Positions 1 to 7,891 of a stretch of DNA of 64,000 nt are shown here, piece after piece. A program made the position numbers and the translations under genes. The notes beneath the pieces were generated by a model that saw nothing but the letters and a program-made list of their open reading frames with translations, had not been told where the DNA came from and searched no databases. Origin of the DNA: a virus (Duplodnaviria; Caudoviricetes); the IMG/VR virus record IMGVR_UViG_3300034166_000463, positions 6,642 to 70,641 of that record; one strand, written 5' to 3'. The number at the start of each line of letters is the position of its first letter. The stretch's first letter is position 1.

Positions 1-24
1 TGGCTTGCGTGATTTATCCTCTCC

Positions 25-140
25 CGAACGATTAAATCCTCCTGCAGCCCGTGAACGCCACTCCGCCACTCCCTGAGCCTCCTAGCCACGCCACCGCTGA
101 ACTGCGGGGCGGTGGGCATAGGTCTAGCGACTTGTTCGCC
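25..140 (-). mobile_element. attC-like site A (degenerate/composite)
   Basis: Left end CGAAC-GATTAA (25-35); right arm GGGCATAGGTCTAGC-GACTT-GTTCGCC ends at 140. The arms pair poorly, but GTTCGCCA is the exact reverse complement of TGGCGAAC (283-290) at the far end of this cassette. Confidence 0.6.
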
Positions 141-296
141 ATTGTCGCCAAATGGAGGAAAGATGCCGAGATGCACCGCAACTCATGCCGACTTCAAGAG
201 CAGGCAGGCAGGCGAGACAAAGCCGACAGGCACTATCAACGAAGCCTAGACCTCGACGCCTGTGCAAAGTGCATTGAGGATTTGGCGAACGCCTAG
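51..296 (+). CDS. cassette-borne hypothetical protein
   Basis: 81-aa ORF that starts inside attC-like site A. Its stop TAG is supplied by the next site (AAC GCC TAG). Confidence 0.6.
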   Translation: MNATPPLPEPPSHATAELRGGGHRSSDLFAIVAKWRKDAEMHRNSCRLQEQAGRRDKADRHYQRSLDLDACAKCIEDLANA

Positions 297-415
297 CTCT
301 GGCACCCTCACCACTAACTACGAAAAAACTATGCAAACCGAAAACGATACATCGAAGCCCGAAGACTCACCCCGACAAGAGACTGGTGAGGGTTGCTCAG
401 GAGCGACTTGTTCGC
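285..415 (-). mobile_element. attC-like site B
   Basis: GCGAAC-GCCTA-GCTCTGGCACCCTCACCA pairs with TGGTGAGGG-T-TGC-T-CA-G-GAGC-GACTT-GTTCGC, giving R box, unpaired spacer, L box and extrahelical G/T. The reverse complement reads like a canonical attC (AAC AAGTC GCTCC...GAGC TAGGC GTT). Confidence 0.85.
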
Positions 416-675
416 GTCTCTTCCGAGTGCAAGTGACCTTCGACACGGTGATCTACGCCGAAGACGAAAAGGCCGCAAAGCAAAAGGTGAAATACGGCAC
501 GGGCGAAATCGACGACATGCCCATATCGGTGCTGGCGATGCCGATAGAATCCCGCGACGGGCTACCCGCAGGATGGAACGCGGGATGCCTGCCGTGGGGT
601 GATGCTCCCGAAAACACGACCATCGGGGAAATTCTTAACGCGAACTTATTGTTCGGTTTTTCATATCCCTCTTAA
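331..675 (+). CDS. cassette-borne hypothetical protein
   Basis: ATG 331 lies in the loop of site B after an A-rich leader. The ORF reads through the cassette end (ACGCGAAC 638-645) into flanking DNA. Confidence 0.7.
   Translation: MQTENDTSKPEDSPRQETGEGCSGATCSRLFRVQVTFDTVIYAEDEKAAKQKVKYGTGEIDDMPISVLAMPIESRDGLPAGWNAGCLPWGDAPENTTIGEILNANLLFGFSYPS
643..656 (-). other. attI-like/secondary recombination target at array boundary
   Basis: AAC-TTATT-GTTCGG: inverted AAC/GTT triplets separated by a 5-bp AT-rich spacer, exactly where cassette B ends. Confidence 0.6.
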
Positions 676-782
676 ACGGGTAGGTGTCTCCATGAATGAC
701 ATCTGTGGCTAGCTCCAGCTAATCAGCTTCCATGAGTTTACAAACAAGGAAGCAGAGCATTCAACATCAACCAACCAAAACA

Positions 783-971
783 ATGCCATCAATGTCATAC
801 TGCCGCTTCGAAAATACGCTTGAAAACCTAAACCTTTGCCACATCGGTTTACAAGAAAGGGTTCACCGCAGATCAGATTTCAGCGAATCAGAACGCAAAG
901 CCTTACAAGAACTAGTTGATGTCTGCCGCGATATTGCAGACGAATTCTCCATCGAAGTGTTTTCATCGTAA
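783..971 (+). CDS. small phage hypothetical protein (MSYCRFENT family)
   Basis: N-terminal MSYCRFENTL motif common in phage early proteins. Confidence 0.6.
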   Translation: MPSMSYCRFENTLENLNLCHIGLQERVHRRSDFSESERKALQELVDVCRDIADEFSIEVFSS

Positions 972-1080
972 TCATTTCAAATAAAGCGACGGCAGAAAAT
1001 ACTCCTGTAATCGCAGAAAGTTAGCCATATCTAGTGTTCGATTATATTTTAGCCTCAACTAAACCAAAACAAATAAACAA

Positions 1081-1671
1081 ATGCAAAAAGCAGCAGACAA
1101 ACTAAGAACAATCCAAGTTGACCTCAACGCACCAAAAAACCTTGAGAACAAGTTTGGAAATTACAAATACCGATCCGCAGAAGGAATTCTTGAAGCCCTC
1201 AAGCCATTTCTTCATGCAGTGGACGCAATCCTAACCATCAGCGATGAAATTGTTGAAGTTGGTGGGCGGGTTTACGTAAAAGCTACAGCAACATTCACTC
1301 ATGCAGGAGAAAGCATCTCCACCACAGCATTTGCTCGTGAAGCTGAAAGCAAAAAAGGTATGGATGACGCTCAAGTGACGGGCGCTTGCTCCTCCTACGC
1401 CCGTAAATACGCCCTGAACGGCTTATTCTGCATTGATGACACCAAGGATGCAGACGCCACGGAAACCCACGGAAAGGGCAATTCTGATCAAAGTAAAGCC
1501 ACCTCGCAAAAAAGTGACGGAATGATGGACAAAATCATCAAATCCTTTAAGATCCAAAAATCCTTAGAGGATCTAAATGCCAAAATGGAAAAAGCCAGAA
1601 ACACTCCCTATGGGAAAGAACCACTCGTAGTCGCAGCTTATTCAGAATGCGCTTCAGTTTTCATTAAGTAA
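1081..1671 (+). CDS. ERF-family single-strand annealing protein
   Basis: APK...NKFGNYKYRSAEGILEALKP and AQVTGACSSYARKYALNGLF motifs. Confidence 0.9.
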   Translation: MQKAADKLRTIQVDLNAPKNLENKFGNYKYRSAEGILEALKPFLHAVDAILTISDEIVEVGGRVYVKATATFTHAGESISTTAFAREAESKKGMDDAQVTGACSSYARKYALNGLFCIDDTKDADATETHGKGNSDQSKATSQKSDGMMDKIIKSFKIQKSLEDLNAKMEKARNTPYGKEPLVVAAYSECASVFIK

Positions 1672-1699
1672 ACAACAAACAAACAAGAAAAACAAAAAT

Positions 1700-1993
1700 A
1701 TGGGACTTATTATTAGCGCCAGCATCAAAAAAGAAGACATCGCAAAACTCACCGAAGATCAAATGATCAAAGGTAAAACCGCCACATTCATTCCTTTGTC
1801 CATTTTTGTCGATGACAAGAATGACAATTATGGAAATAACGTATCCGTTCAGCTTTCTCAAAGCCAAGAAGATCGCGAAGCAAAGAAAACCAAAACCTAT
1901 CTAGGTAATGGTAAGGTTGTGTTTTCAAAAGGTGACATCAAAACAGCAAAAGAAATTGCAGCAAATAGCGGCAGTTCAGACGAAGCATTCTAA
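1700..1993 (+). CDS. small putative ssDNA-binding protein
   Basis: D-x-YGN...SQ...RE...YLGNGK pattern, acidic tail ending DEAF, and position after ERF. Confidence 0.5.
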   Translation: MGLIISASIKKEDIAKLTEDQMIKGKTATFIPLSIFVDDKNDNYGNNVSVQLSQSQEDREAKKTKTYLGNGKVVFSKGDIKTAKEIAANSGSSDEAF

Positions 1994-2464
1994 ATGAGCA
2001 CTCTCCACCAAGTAGCCTCGGCCAAAGATGGAGAGACATTCATTTCAATTGGCCCAGTAACCATTCACAAGCAGTTCAATCCCAAAACAGCAAAGAACAA
2101 TAAAATCTTCTCATCCGTAGTATTGAAAAGCGGATCAGACGAAATGTTCATGACAATGTGGGAAACAGCCGCTGAATGGAAACTACCACTAGGAGAAACA
2201 CTGACACTGCGAGGAAGGTTTACAAAAAACACCTTCAATGGATCAGCAAGTCTTAATTGTGATGAGCTATCAAAACCTGAAGGAGCAGTCGCAGTTAAGC
2301 CTGAAGACATCCAAAAGCCAGTTGAGAAGCCAACAATCAAAGAATGTCTTGAAACTGGACTGAGAGCAGCCGATTACATGATTCGCAAAGAACGCCCTGA
2401 ACTTTCAGAAGCAGCATTCACTTTCGCTGCCAATGCAATGCTTCAAGGCGCAAAAGCAGAATGA
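1994..2464 (+). CDS. putative OB-fold nucleic-acid-binding protein
   Basis: Beta-rich N-terminal half (MTMWE...GETLTLRG...FNG), in the recombination cluster. Confidence 0.45.
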   Translation: MSTLHQVASAKDGETFISIGPVTIHKQFNPKTAKNNKIFSSVVLKSGSDEMFMTMWETAAEWKLPLGETLTLRGRFTKNTFNGSASLNCDELSKPEGAVAVKPEDIQKPVEKPTIKECLETGLRAADYMIRKERPELSEAAFTFAANAMLQGAKAE

Positions 2465-3110
2465 TCTCTTGCTGTTGTGTTAACCGTGCAGCAGATAGAA
2501 CCAAGAGACTACGGTAAAACGAAAATACGAATAAATACCTAGAGTTGCATGGTGCTCTAAGGATTGAAACGGAACCGACGGAGCGTAATGCCGTCCCAGT
2601 AAACGGTAAGCTGGAAAATTTCTGCGTCGTCCCTGTATAAGCTCCCTTAGGATCATAAACAGTTACGCATAGCCGCAACGAGACGGAAGGCACGGCTCCA
2701 AAGCAAGTTTTGGTAAACGCGGAGAAACCAATTCTCCAGTAGCTTGTGTAAAATTGGGACACAACGGAAAGACGTTGCCTTAAGCATAAACTAAGAAACC
2801 CTCTGAGATATGTGGTATTTATGAAACCGCTAGTAGCGTCAAGCTAGCCCTGCATACGGTAAGCAGGAATCTTTACAGCAAATTCAGAAAGAGTCTTTCT
2901 GTCACCACAAGCAAGATGCTGACGCAACTGGTGAACTCATAAGCACATCTGCCCGTGGATGGTAGACTCACGCGGGAACCTTTCCCTGATGACAGCAAAG
3001 CTGAATCAGAAAACGTGCATACGGACTTCCAGCGCCTTGCGCCTAGCTCACTAGCTGAGTCGGACGGAACCGCTACAACGTCATGGTAGCGCCGGACAGG
3101 TAACTGGCTT
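2465..3110 (+). ncRNA. large structured non-coding RNA candidate 1
   Basis: About 650 nt with no credible ORF and many stems: 2465-2471/2502-2508, long-range 2531-2539/2814-2822, repeated GGTAA-loop hairpins at 2596, 2849 and 3091; followed by a T-tract. Confidence 0.6.
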
Positions 3111-3126
3111 TACTTTTTATTTAGGT

Positions 3127-3384
3127 ATGACTAAAACAAAACCACATCCACTCTGCGCAATGAATAAACCATGGGGAGTGATTCGCTTCATTCATTTCAA
3201 AGATGGCTCTGAACGCAAGTTCTACACCATGATCAACCAGATGAGCGGAAGTAGAATAAGCGCTTTTAATAATGATCCTCCGAGCACTGATGACTCTTTG
3301 CCATGGATTAAATCAGTGTTCAAAGACATCCGCAAAAAAGCAACCAAGGTTTTAGAATACCAAGGAACCAAGCACTTTGAATAA
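3127..3384 (+). CDS. hypothetical protein
   Basis: ORF in the co-directional gene run. Confidence 0.55.
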   Translation: MTKTKPHPLCAMNKPWGVIRFIHFKDGSERKFYTMINQMSGSRISAFNNDPPSTDDSLPWIKSVFKDIRKKATKVLEYQGTKHFE

Positions 3385-3607
3385 TTATCTATTAACTCAT
3401 CAAGTATCAATGTTCATTCCTATTAAAATCGTAAATAATAAATGGCAAAGCGACTTAGTTCATTTGCGTTCTATCTTCAGGCAACTAAGAAATGAAGCAG
3501 GACTTTCCGATAACAAGCCAGACCCGGAAGATGCCTACGATAAAATTCTGCAAATCGCAGGAAAATACAATTTGGGACTAGAAACTAACGTCTCGGAAAA
3601 CAACTAA
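3377..3607 (+). CDS. hypothetical protein
   Basis: ORF filling the gap in the gene run; start uncertain. Confidence 0.45.
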   Translation: MNNYLLTHQVSMFIPIKIVNNKWQSDLVHLRSIFRQLRNEAGLSDNKPDPEDAYDKILQIAGKYNLGLETNVSENN

Positions 3608-3615
3608 TTTTAGTC

Positions 3616-4029
3616 ATGGCTAAAAAATCGACAAAAAAAAGAACCAACATCGAACGACCTTACTGCAATGGAGAATGGACAGAAGCCAGATATACAAGCT
3701 TTATCAAAAGCGCCTTGCGAGGAGCTAGGTGGCCCGAAAAATACCGAGCCATCAACCTTGCCTTCGTCGAGCACGGAATCAACCCCGCCACTGGGCGCAA
3801 ATGCAAGCTACACAAATGCTCCGTATGCGGAAATCTATTCCCCCAAAACGCTGTTCAAGCGGATCATATTATCCCAGTTGTCGGATCAGAAGGATTCGTC
3901 TCATGGGATCGGTTTATTCAGAGGCTGTTTTGTCCCGCAGAAGGATTTCGTGTCGTCTGCAAAAAGTGCCACGGCGAAATAACAGCGCAAGAACGTATCG
4001 GAAGACAGTTTAACAAGCTGCTTTCATAA
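3616..4029 (+). CDS. HNH endonuclease
   Basis: CSVC...QADHIIPV...CKKCH Zn/HNH motifs. Confidence 0.85.
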   Translation: MAKKSTKKRTNIERPYCNGEWTEARYTSFIKSALRGARWPEKYRAINLAFVEHGINPATGRKCKLHKCSVCGNLFPQNAVQADHIIPVVGSEGFVSWDRFIQRLFCPAEGFRVVCKKCHGEITAQERIGRQFNKLLS

Positions 4030-4052
4030 AGCCCTTCGGGCTGGAGGTATTT

Positions 4053-4271
4053 ATGAATGAACTACATCTTCCTAATCATCTATCTTCAGAAGCACATGCT
4101 TTGTTCAGAGCATATCAAGAAATTTGGAGCATTTACGAACCCATCACACAACGCTTAGGCGAACCTTACTGGCAAGTAGCTAGAGCAGGAATTCACTCTA
4201 TCCTAGAAGCTATAATCATGCTAGATGATCCGGAAATAGGAAAACAAATAAAAAACAAACACTCTCAATAA
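4053..4271 (+). CDS. hypothetical protein
   Basis: ORF preceded by GGAGG. Confidence 0.6.
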   Translation: MNELHLPNHLSSEAHALFRAYQEIWSIYEPITQRLGEPYWQVARAGIHSILEAIIMLDDPEIGKQIKNKHSQ

Positions 4272-4298
4272 CAACAACCAAGAAAAAAACAAACGACA

Positions 4299-5306
4299 AT
4301 GAGCCACAATATAACTGAACGCGACATTCAAGCAGCATCTACACAAGCTTGGCACGGACTAACTACCATTGTAGATACGGTAACACGGGAAAACTCCATG
4401 CCATTCGACGTGGTAGAAAGCCCTATCTACTACAAAGTGCAAAAGCCACACGACACAATTCCTGACTTTTATCAGGACGTGATGATCGAATCCCCTGAGT
4501 TCAAGCAACTCATTGCTAATGACGACTTCCTCCCAATCGGAGAACCGTATGGTAGCAGCTACCACCCCTCCACGGTGGAGACGTTCTGGAGCGTCATCGC
4601 TAAAGGAATGGAGGAAATTCCGTTCGAGATTGCTTCCGCTGGCACGGTAGACAACCGCTGCAAGCTATTTGCCTCTCTTAAAGTAACAGATGGATTCAAG
4701 ATCGGTGATCGTGAGTTCAACGACTTTATCACAGTAATCGACTCCTACGACAAAAGCACCAGCTTCCAAGCCCGCTACACCAATATCTGCGTAGTTTGCG
4801 CCAATACGTTCGCAGCATCCATGCAAACCGGACAGACCATCGGTAAAGCCAAGCACACACTCAACCTTGATGTAAACATCGAACGGCTTGTTGTAGCCAT
4901 GAAAAACTTCATGGGAACAAGTAAAGTTTACCAAGAAGTCTTGAGTCAGGCTGATCGCACGGTATGCTCACCAGACGAAGCTCGCGCATGGCTCACTGGT
5001 ATCGAAGGGCGGAATACTGAAAATCTCTCCAACGGACTCAAACAAAAAGGAGCAAGAATGATGGAACTGTTCACTGGTGGACGAGGAAACGTAGGACGCA
5101 CACGCCTTGACGCATTCTCAGCGCTCACAGAGTTCCATAGTCATGAATCTTCCAACCGCAAAAGCAATGGCTCTCAATACTACTCCTCAGAGTGGGGAAC
5201 ATCGGCTCAAGTGAAAACGCTTGCTATTACCGCACTGGAGAAAGACTGGACACGCCATGTAAGACATGGTGAAAAGCTCCTTACCGAAGAAATGCTAACC
5301 GTTTAA
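4299..5306 (+). CDS. DUF932/DUF945-family protein
   Basis: MSHNI...AWHGL, SYDKST...VVCANT, KHT and TRLDAFSALTEF motifs. Confidence 0.85.
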   Translation: MSHNITERDIQAASTQAWHGLTTIVDTVTRENSMPFDVVESPIYYKVQKPHDTIPDFYQDVMIESPEFKQLIANDDFLPIGEPYGSSYHPSTVETFWSVIAKGMEEIPFEIASAGTVDNRCKLFASLKVTDGFKIGDREFNDFITVIDSYDKSTSFQARYTNICVVCANTFAASMQTGQTIGKAKHTLNLDVNIERLVVAMKNFMGTSKVYQEVLSQADRTVCSPDEARAWLTGIEGRNTENLSNGLKQKGARMMELFTGGRGNVGRTRLDAFSALTEFHSHESSNRKSNGSQYYSSEWGTSAQVKTLAITALEKDWTRHVRHGEKLLTEEMLTV

Positions 5307-5309
5307 ATC

Positions 5310-5579
5310 ATGAAGAAAAAAAAAGAATTTCCATGCGCTGATCTTCTTGGAGAAGCGAGACTAGACGGATATGATTTAATTCATGACTTATCGTTTATCA
5401 CAGCAAGTCTTCGCAATGCGTATAAAGCTGGCGATTTTGATAACAATGAAGAATTGTGTTTAAAAGAAGCTAAAGCCTCAAAAGAAGCAATCTGCACAAT
5501 GATTAACTCTTTAATGAAGATTAGAGACAAAATCACATTTTTTCAGGCATGGGCTGAAGACAACTCGCCACTTAAATAA
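5310..5579 (+). CDS. hypothetical protein
   Basis: Tightly packed ORF. Confidence 0.6.
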   Translation: MKKKKEFPCADLLGEARLDGYDLIHDLSFITASLRNAYKAGDFDNNEELCLKEAKASKEAICTMINSLMKIRDKITFFQAWAEDNSPLK

Positions 5580-5581
5580 TC

Positions 5582-5710
5582 ATGAGGCCACCAACCAACT
5601 GGGCAGCCATCAAAGCTTGGTGCATCGAAAACAACGCCTCAATATGGGACATCCTAGACTGGCGACCTGTTGATGGGGTGTATCGCTTAGCCACTAAACA
5701 AAAGCCATGA
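5582..5710 (+). CDS. small hypothetical protein (42 aa)
   Basis: MRPPTNWAAIKAW...; its TGA overlaps ATG 5707 (ATGA coupling). Confidence 0.5.
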   Translation: MRPPTNWAAIKAWCIENNASIWDILDWRPVDGVYRLATKQKP

Positions 5711-5715
5711 AAACC

Positions 5716-5832
5716 AACGCCTAGCTCTGGCACCGCGCCGGAAGCGCGTGCCGCAACTCACAAATCTATGAACCAAAATCAAGACTCCGACAACACAGCA
5801 AGCGCGGTTGCTCCAGCAGCGCCTTGTTCATC
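5716..5832 (-). mobile_element. attC-like site C
   Basis: AAC-GCCTA-GCTCTGGCACCGCGC...GCGCGG-T-TGCTCCAGCAGC-GCCTT-GTTCATC; left half nearly identical to site E. Confidence 0.85.
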
Positions 5833-6046
5833 CATTACGGTCCGATTCGTCGACGACACCCAAACTGGCAGATGCTGGTTCGAGGAAAAGCTCACAAATG
5901 GCCAGTGGGCGATGATCCCAGAAACCAAGATGACCTGCGAAGGCAACTCTCGGCACTCCCTCGCGGAAGTGATCGAGCGTCGTCGCCAGCAACGCCTGAT
6001 GATATTCCGCAACGTCGGCAAGGAGGAGGTCATTCCCATTCGATGA
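5768..6046 (+). CDS. cassette-borne hypothetical protein
   Basis: ATG in the loop of site C; GC-rich; ends at GATGAAC, the complement of GTTCATC. Confidence 0.75.
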   Translation: MNQNQDSDNTASAVAPAAPCSSITVRFVDDTQTGRCWFEEKLTNGQWAMIPETKMTCEGNSRHSLAEVIERRRQQRLMIFRNVGKEEVIPIR

Positions 6047-6169
6047 ACGATCAAATCCAGCCATGAGCCTTCCCAAAATCTGCACGTGCCCCACGGTCCC
6101 ATCTGCGGACTGCCCGTTCCACCACCAAGAAGCTCGTGGCTCATTGGCTGCGATGCCGGGTTCAGCTTC
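6046..6169 (-). mobile_element. attC-like site D
   Basis: AAC-GATCAA-ATC-CAGCCA-TGAGCC pairs with GGCTCA-T-TGGCTG-C-GAT-GCCGG-GTT, a clean stem with two extrahelical bases. Confidence 0.9.
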
Positions 6170-6587
6170 GGTTGACGCCATTTTGTCCAGCGACAGTGGC
6201 GACAGTTCGCTGATCCACAACCTCGCAACTCGTGCCCGCGAAATGGAGGCGCTTGCCACCACGCTGATGCGGACATGCTACGACGAAGCGAACAGGCTCG
6301 CGAACCACGGCAGCAGCGGACTTGAAAACAGGGTTATGTCTCAACTCTACGACGCCGCCAACGACGCGAAGAAGAAGCTGAACTTTATGTTCGACGTAGC
6401 TTTCACGGTCGAAGGACCTTGGGAGCTTCCTGAGGATGTCCCAGCAATCCAATTAATTGCTGGACTTCAAAAAAGAATTACAGATTTGACATTAGCCCAT
6501 GCAAATAAGTCAGAAGACATTACCGAAGCGTTTGGGTATTGCGATTCTTATAAAGTCGATGAACCCCCAGAAGTAAAATTCTTTTAG
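6063..6587 (+). CDS. chimeric ORF: cassette D protein fused in frame to the interrupted resident gene
   Basis: GC-rich part ends at GAAGCTGAAC (6374-6383). The remainder (FMFDVAFTVEG...) continues the orphan start ATG AAA ACC AAC at 5707. Confidence 0.75.
   Translation: MSLPKICTCPTVPSADCPFHHQEARGSLAAMPGSASVDAILSSDSGDSSLIHNLATRAREMEALATTLMRTCYDEANRLANHGSSGLENRVMSQLYDAANDAKKKLNFMFDVAFTVEGPWELPEDVPAIQLIAGLQKRITDLTLAHANKSEDITEAFGYCDSYKVDEPPEVKFF
6381..6394 (-). other. attI-like/secondary recombination target at array boundary
   Basis: AAC-TTTAT-GTTCGA, the same architecture as 643-656. Confidence 0.65.
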
Positions 6588-6601
6588 CCTTGACTAAAAA
6601 T

Positions 6602-6823
6602 ATGAGCAATACCATTACACTCCTCCCTCACATCATCGTAGATGGCTACTGGGTAGACGACCGCACCAAGTTCGAGGGGTATGTCATATCCCAATCCAAT
6701 GACATCGAAGAAGATGACGACAGCATCTTCTTCTACGGGTTAACCGAGTCCGAAATCGCTGAGTCACTTGGCAAAGAAACAAGTGAGGACTTTGTAATCA
6801 CCCATTATGAAATCGACAACTAA
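6602..6823 (+). CDS. small acidic hypothetical protein
   Basis: DGYW-DD...DDSIFFYGL pattern; very acidic. Confidence 0.65.
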   Translation: MSNTITLLPHIIVDGYWVDDRTKFEGYVISQSNDIEEDDDSIFFYGLTESEIAESLGKETSEDFVITHYEIDN

Positions 6824-6874
6824 ACAAACTGGTCAATGCCATATTGACCGTTTTTATTCTCACCAAAATAACAA

Positions 6875-7885
6875 ATGAACAAACCACTATATTACCAAAA
6901 CTGCCTTATCCAACCAGAAGATTTTTCCGATCTTTCAGAAAGATTCCGTGTTCCTTACGACACTGTTGCTGAAGTCATTGAGCAAATGCAAGAAGACGGA
7001 TTCCCAAATTGGGCTTCATACACAGGAACCATCCGACAAAGAATCGGCCAAATGGTAGATAACATTTCTCTTGAGCCAGAAAAGCCCTCTGAGGAAGCTC
7101 AAGAAGAGTCCGTGGTAGAAAGCCCCAAAGAAGAGCAAGAAAGCCTAGAACCGCTCCCTGTAAGCGAAGAAGACGACATTGTTGAACACGCTGCAATTTC
7201 TTTGATGCAAGCCATGTCCGAAACCAAAACTGGAAGCTTCATTATTACCGAAGATGGAATTTGCACAATTAACAAAAGCTCACCTCCTTCACTTATTGAG
7301 TCATACGAAGTAGTTGCAAACGTCTTGAAGCTACGCGACCTAGCTCCTAAAATGGAAGACAAGACCTCATGGATGCTTGGATCAATCATTGATGAGCTTG
7401 AAAATCTGCATGGAGAAAACTTCGAAGTAGGACAAGTAGCAGAAACCACAGACAAATCCTTGAATACCATCTGGACAACCGTTAGCGTCTATCGTGCATT
7501 CAAGAAAAAGCGTTACAAGCTGTCATTCTCATCCCACAAAGAAGCATTCCATCAAAAGATTCCAGATGAATCAAAGCATCTAATTCTTCACAAAGCAGAA
7601 GTGTTCAAGCTTGGACCAAAACCAATTCGCCACCTAGCCTGCATCGTCAAGACTATGGGAGACGATCAGGTGATTAAAAACATCCGAAGCAAGCAACAAG
7701 CAGAAGACCTTATTCTAGCGCACAAATCAAACAAAGTAACCTATCTTGTTTTTGATGATGGTTGGAGACGCATTAGCGGAACCGCATCATCTATCCCGCA
7801 AGGTAAAGTTGTAATCGACTTGAAGAACTGGACGGCAAGAGCAAATAACGGAGAACCTGTAGAAATCAAAAAAAGCAAAGCTTAA
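6875..7885 (+). CDS. putative DNA-binding protein (LmbU-like motif)
   Basis: WMLG...TIWTTVSVYRAF...R...LSFSSHKE resembles the LmbU-type pattern. Confidence 0.4.
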   Translation: MNKPLYYQNCLIQPEDFSDLSERFRVPYDTVAEVIEQMQEDGFPNWASYTGTIRQRIGQMVDNISLEPEKPSEEAQEESVVESPKEEQESLEPLPVSEEDDIVEHAAISLMQAMSETKTGSFIITEDGICTINKSSPPSLIESYEVVANVLKLRDLAPKMEDKTSWMLGSIIDELENLHGENFEVGQVAETTDKSLNTIWTTVSVYRAFKKKRYKLSFSSHKEAFHQKIPDESKHLILHKAEVFKLGPKPIRHLACIVKTMGDDQVIKNIRSKQQAEDLILAHKSNKVTYLVFDDGWRRISGTASSIPQGKVVIDLKNWTARANNGEPVEIKKSKA

Positions 7886-7891
7886 TTTCAA

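Noticed and set aside
2500-2515. GAGACTA resembling a group I intron R element
   Set aside because: No matching S element or interrupted exon could be identified.
2984-3015. CTGATGA suggesting a hammerhead ribozyme
   Set aside because: The stem is followed by GAAT rather than GAAA, and CTGAT pairs with ATCAG as a simple hairpin.
285-6169. Interpreting the hairpins as terminators, REP elements or MITEs
   Set aside because: No U-tracts or target duplications; the fixed AAC/GTT ends, spacers, extrahelical bases and cassette-end complementarity fit attC better.
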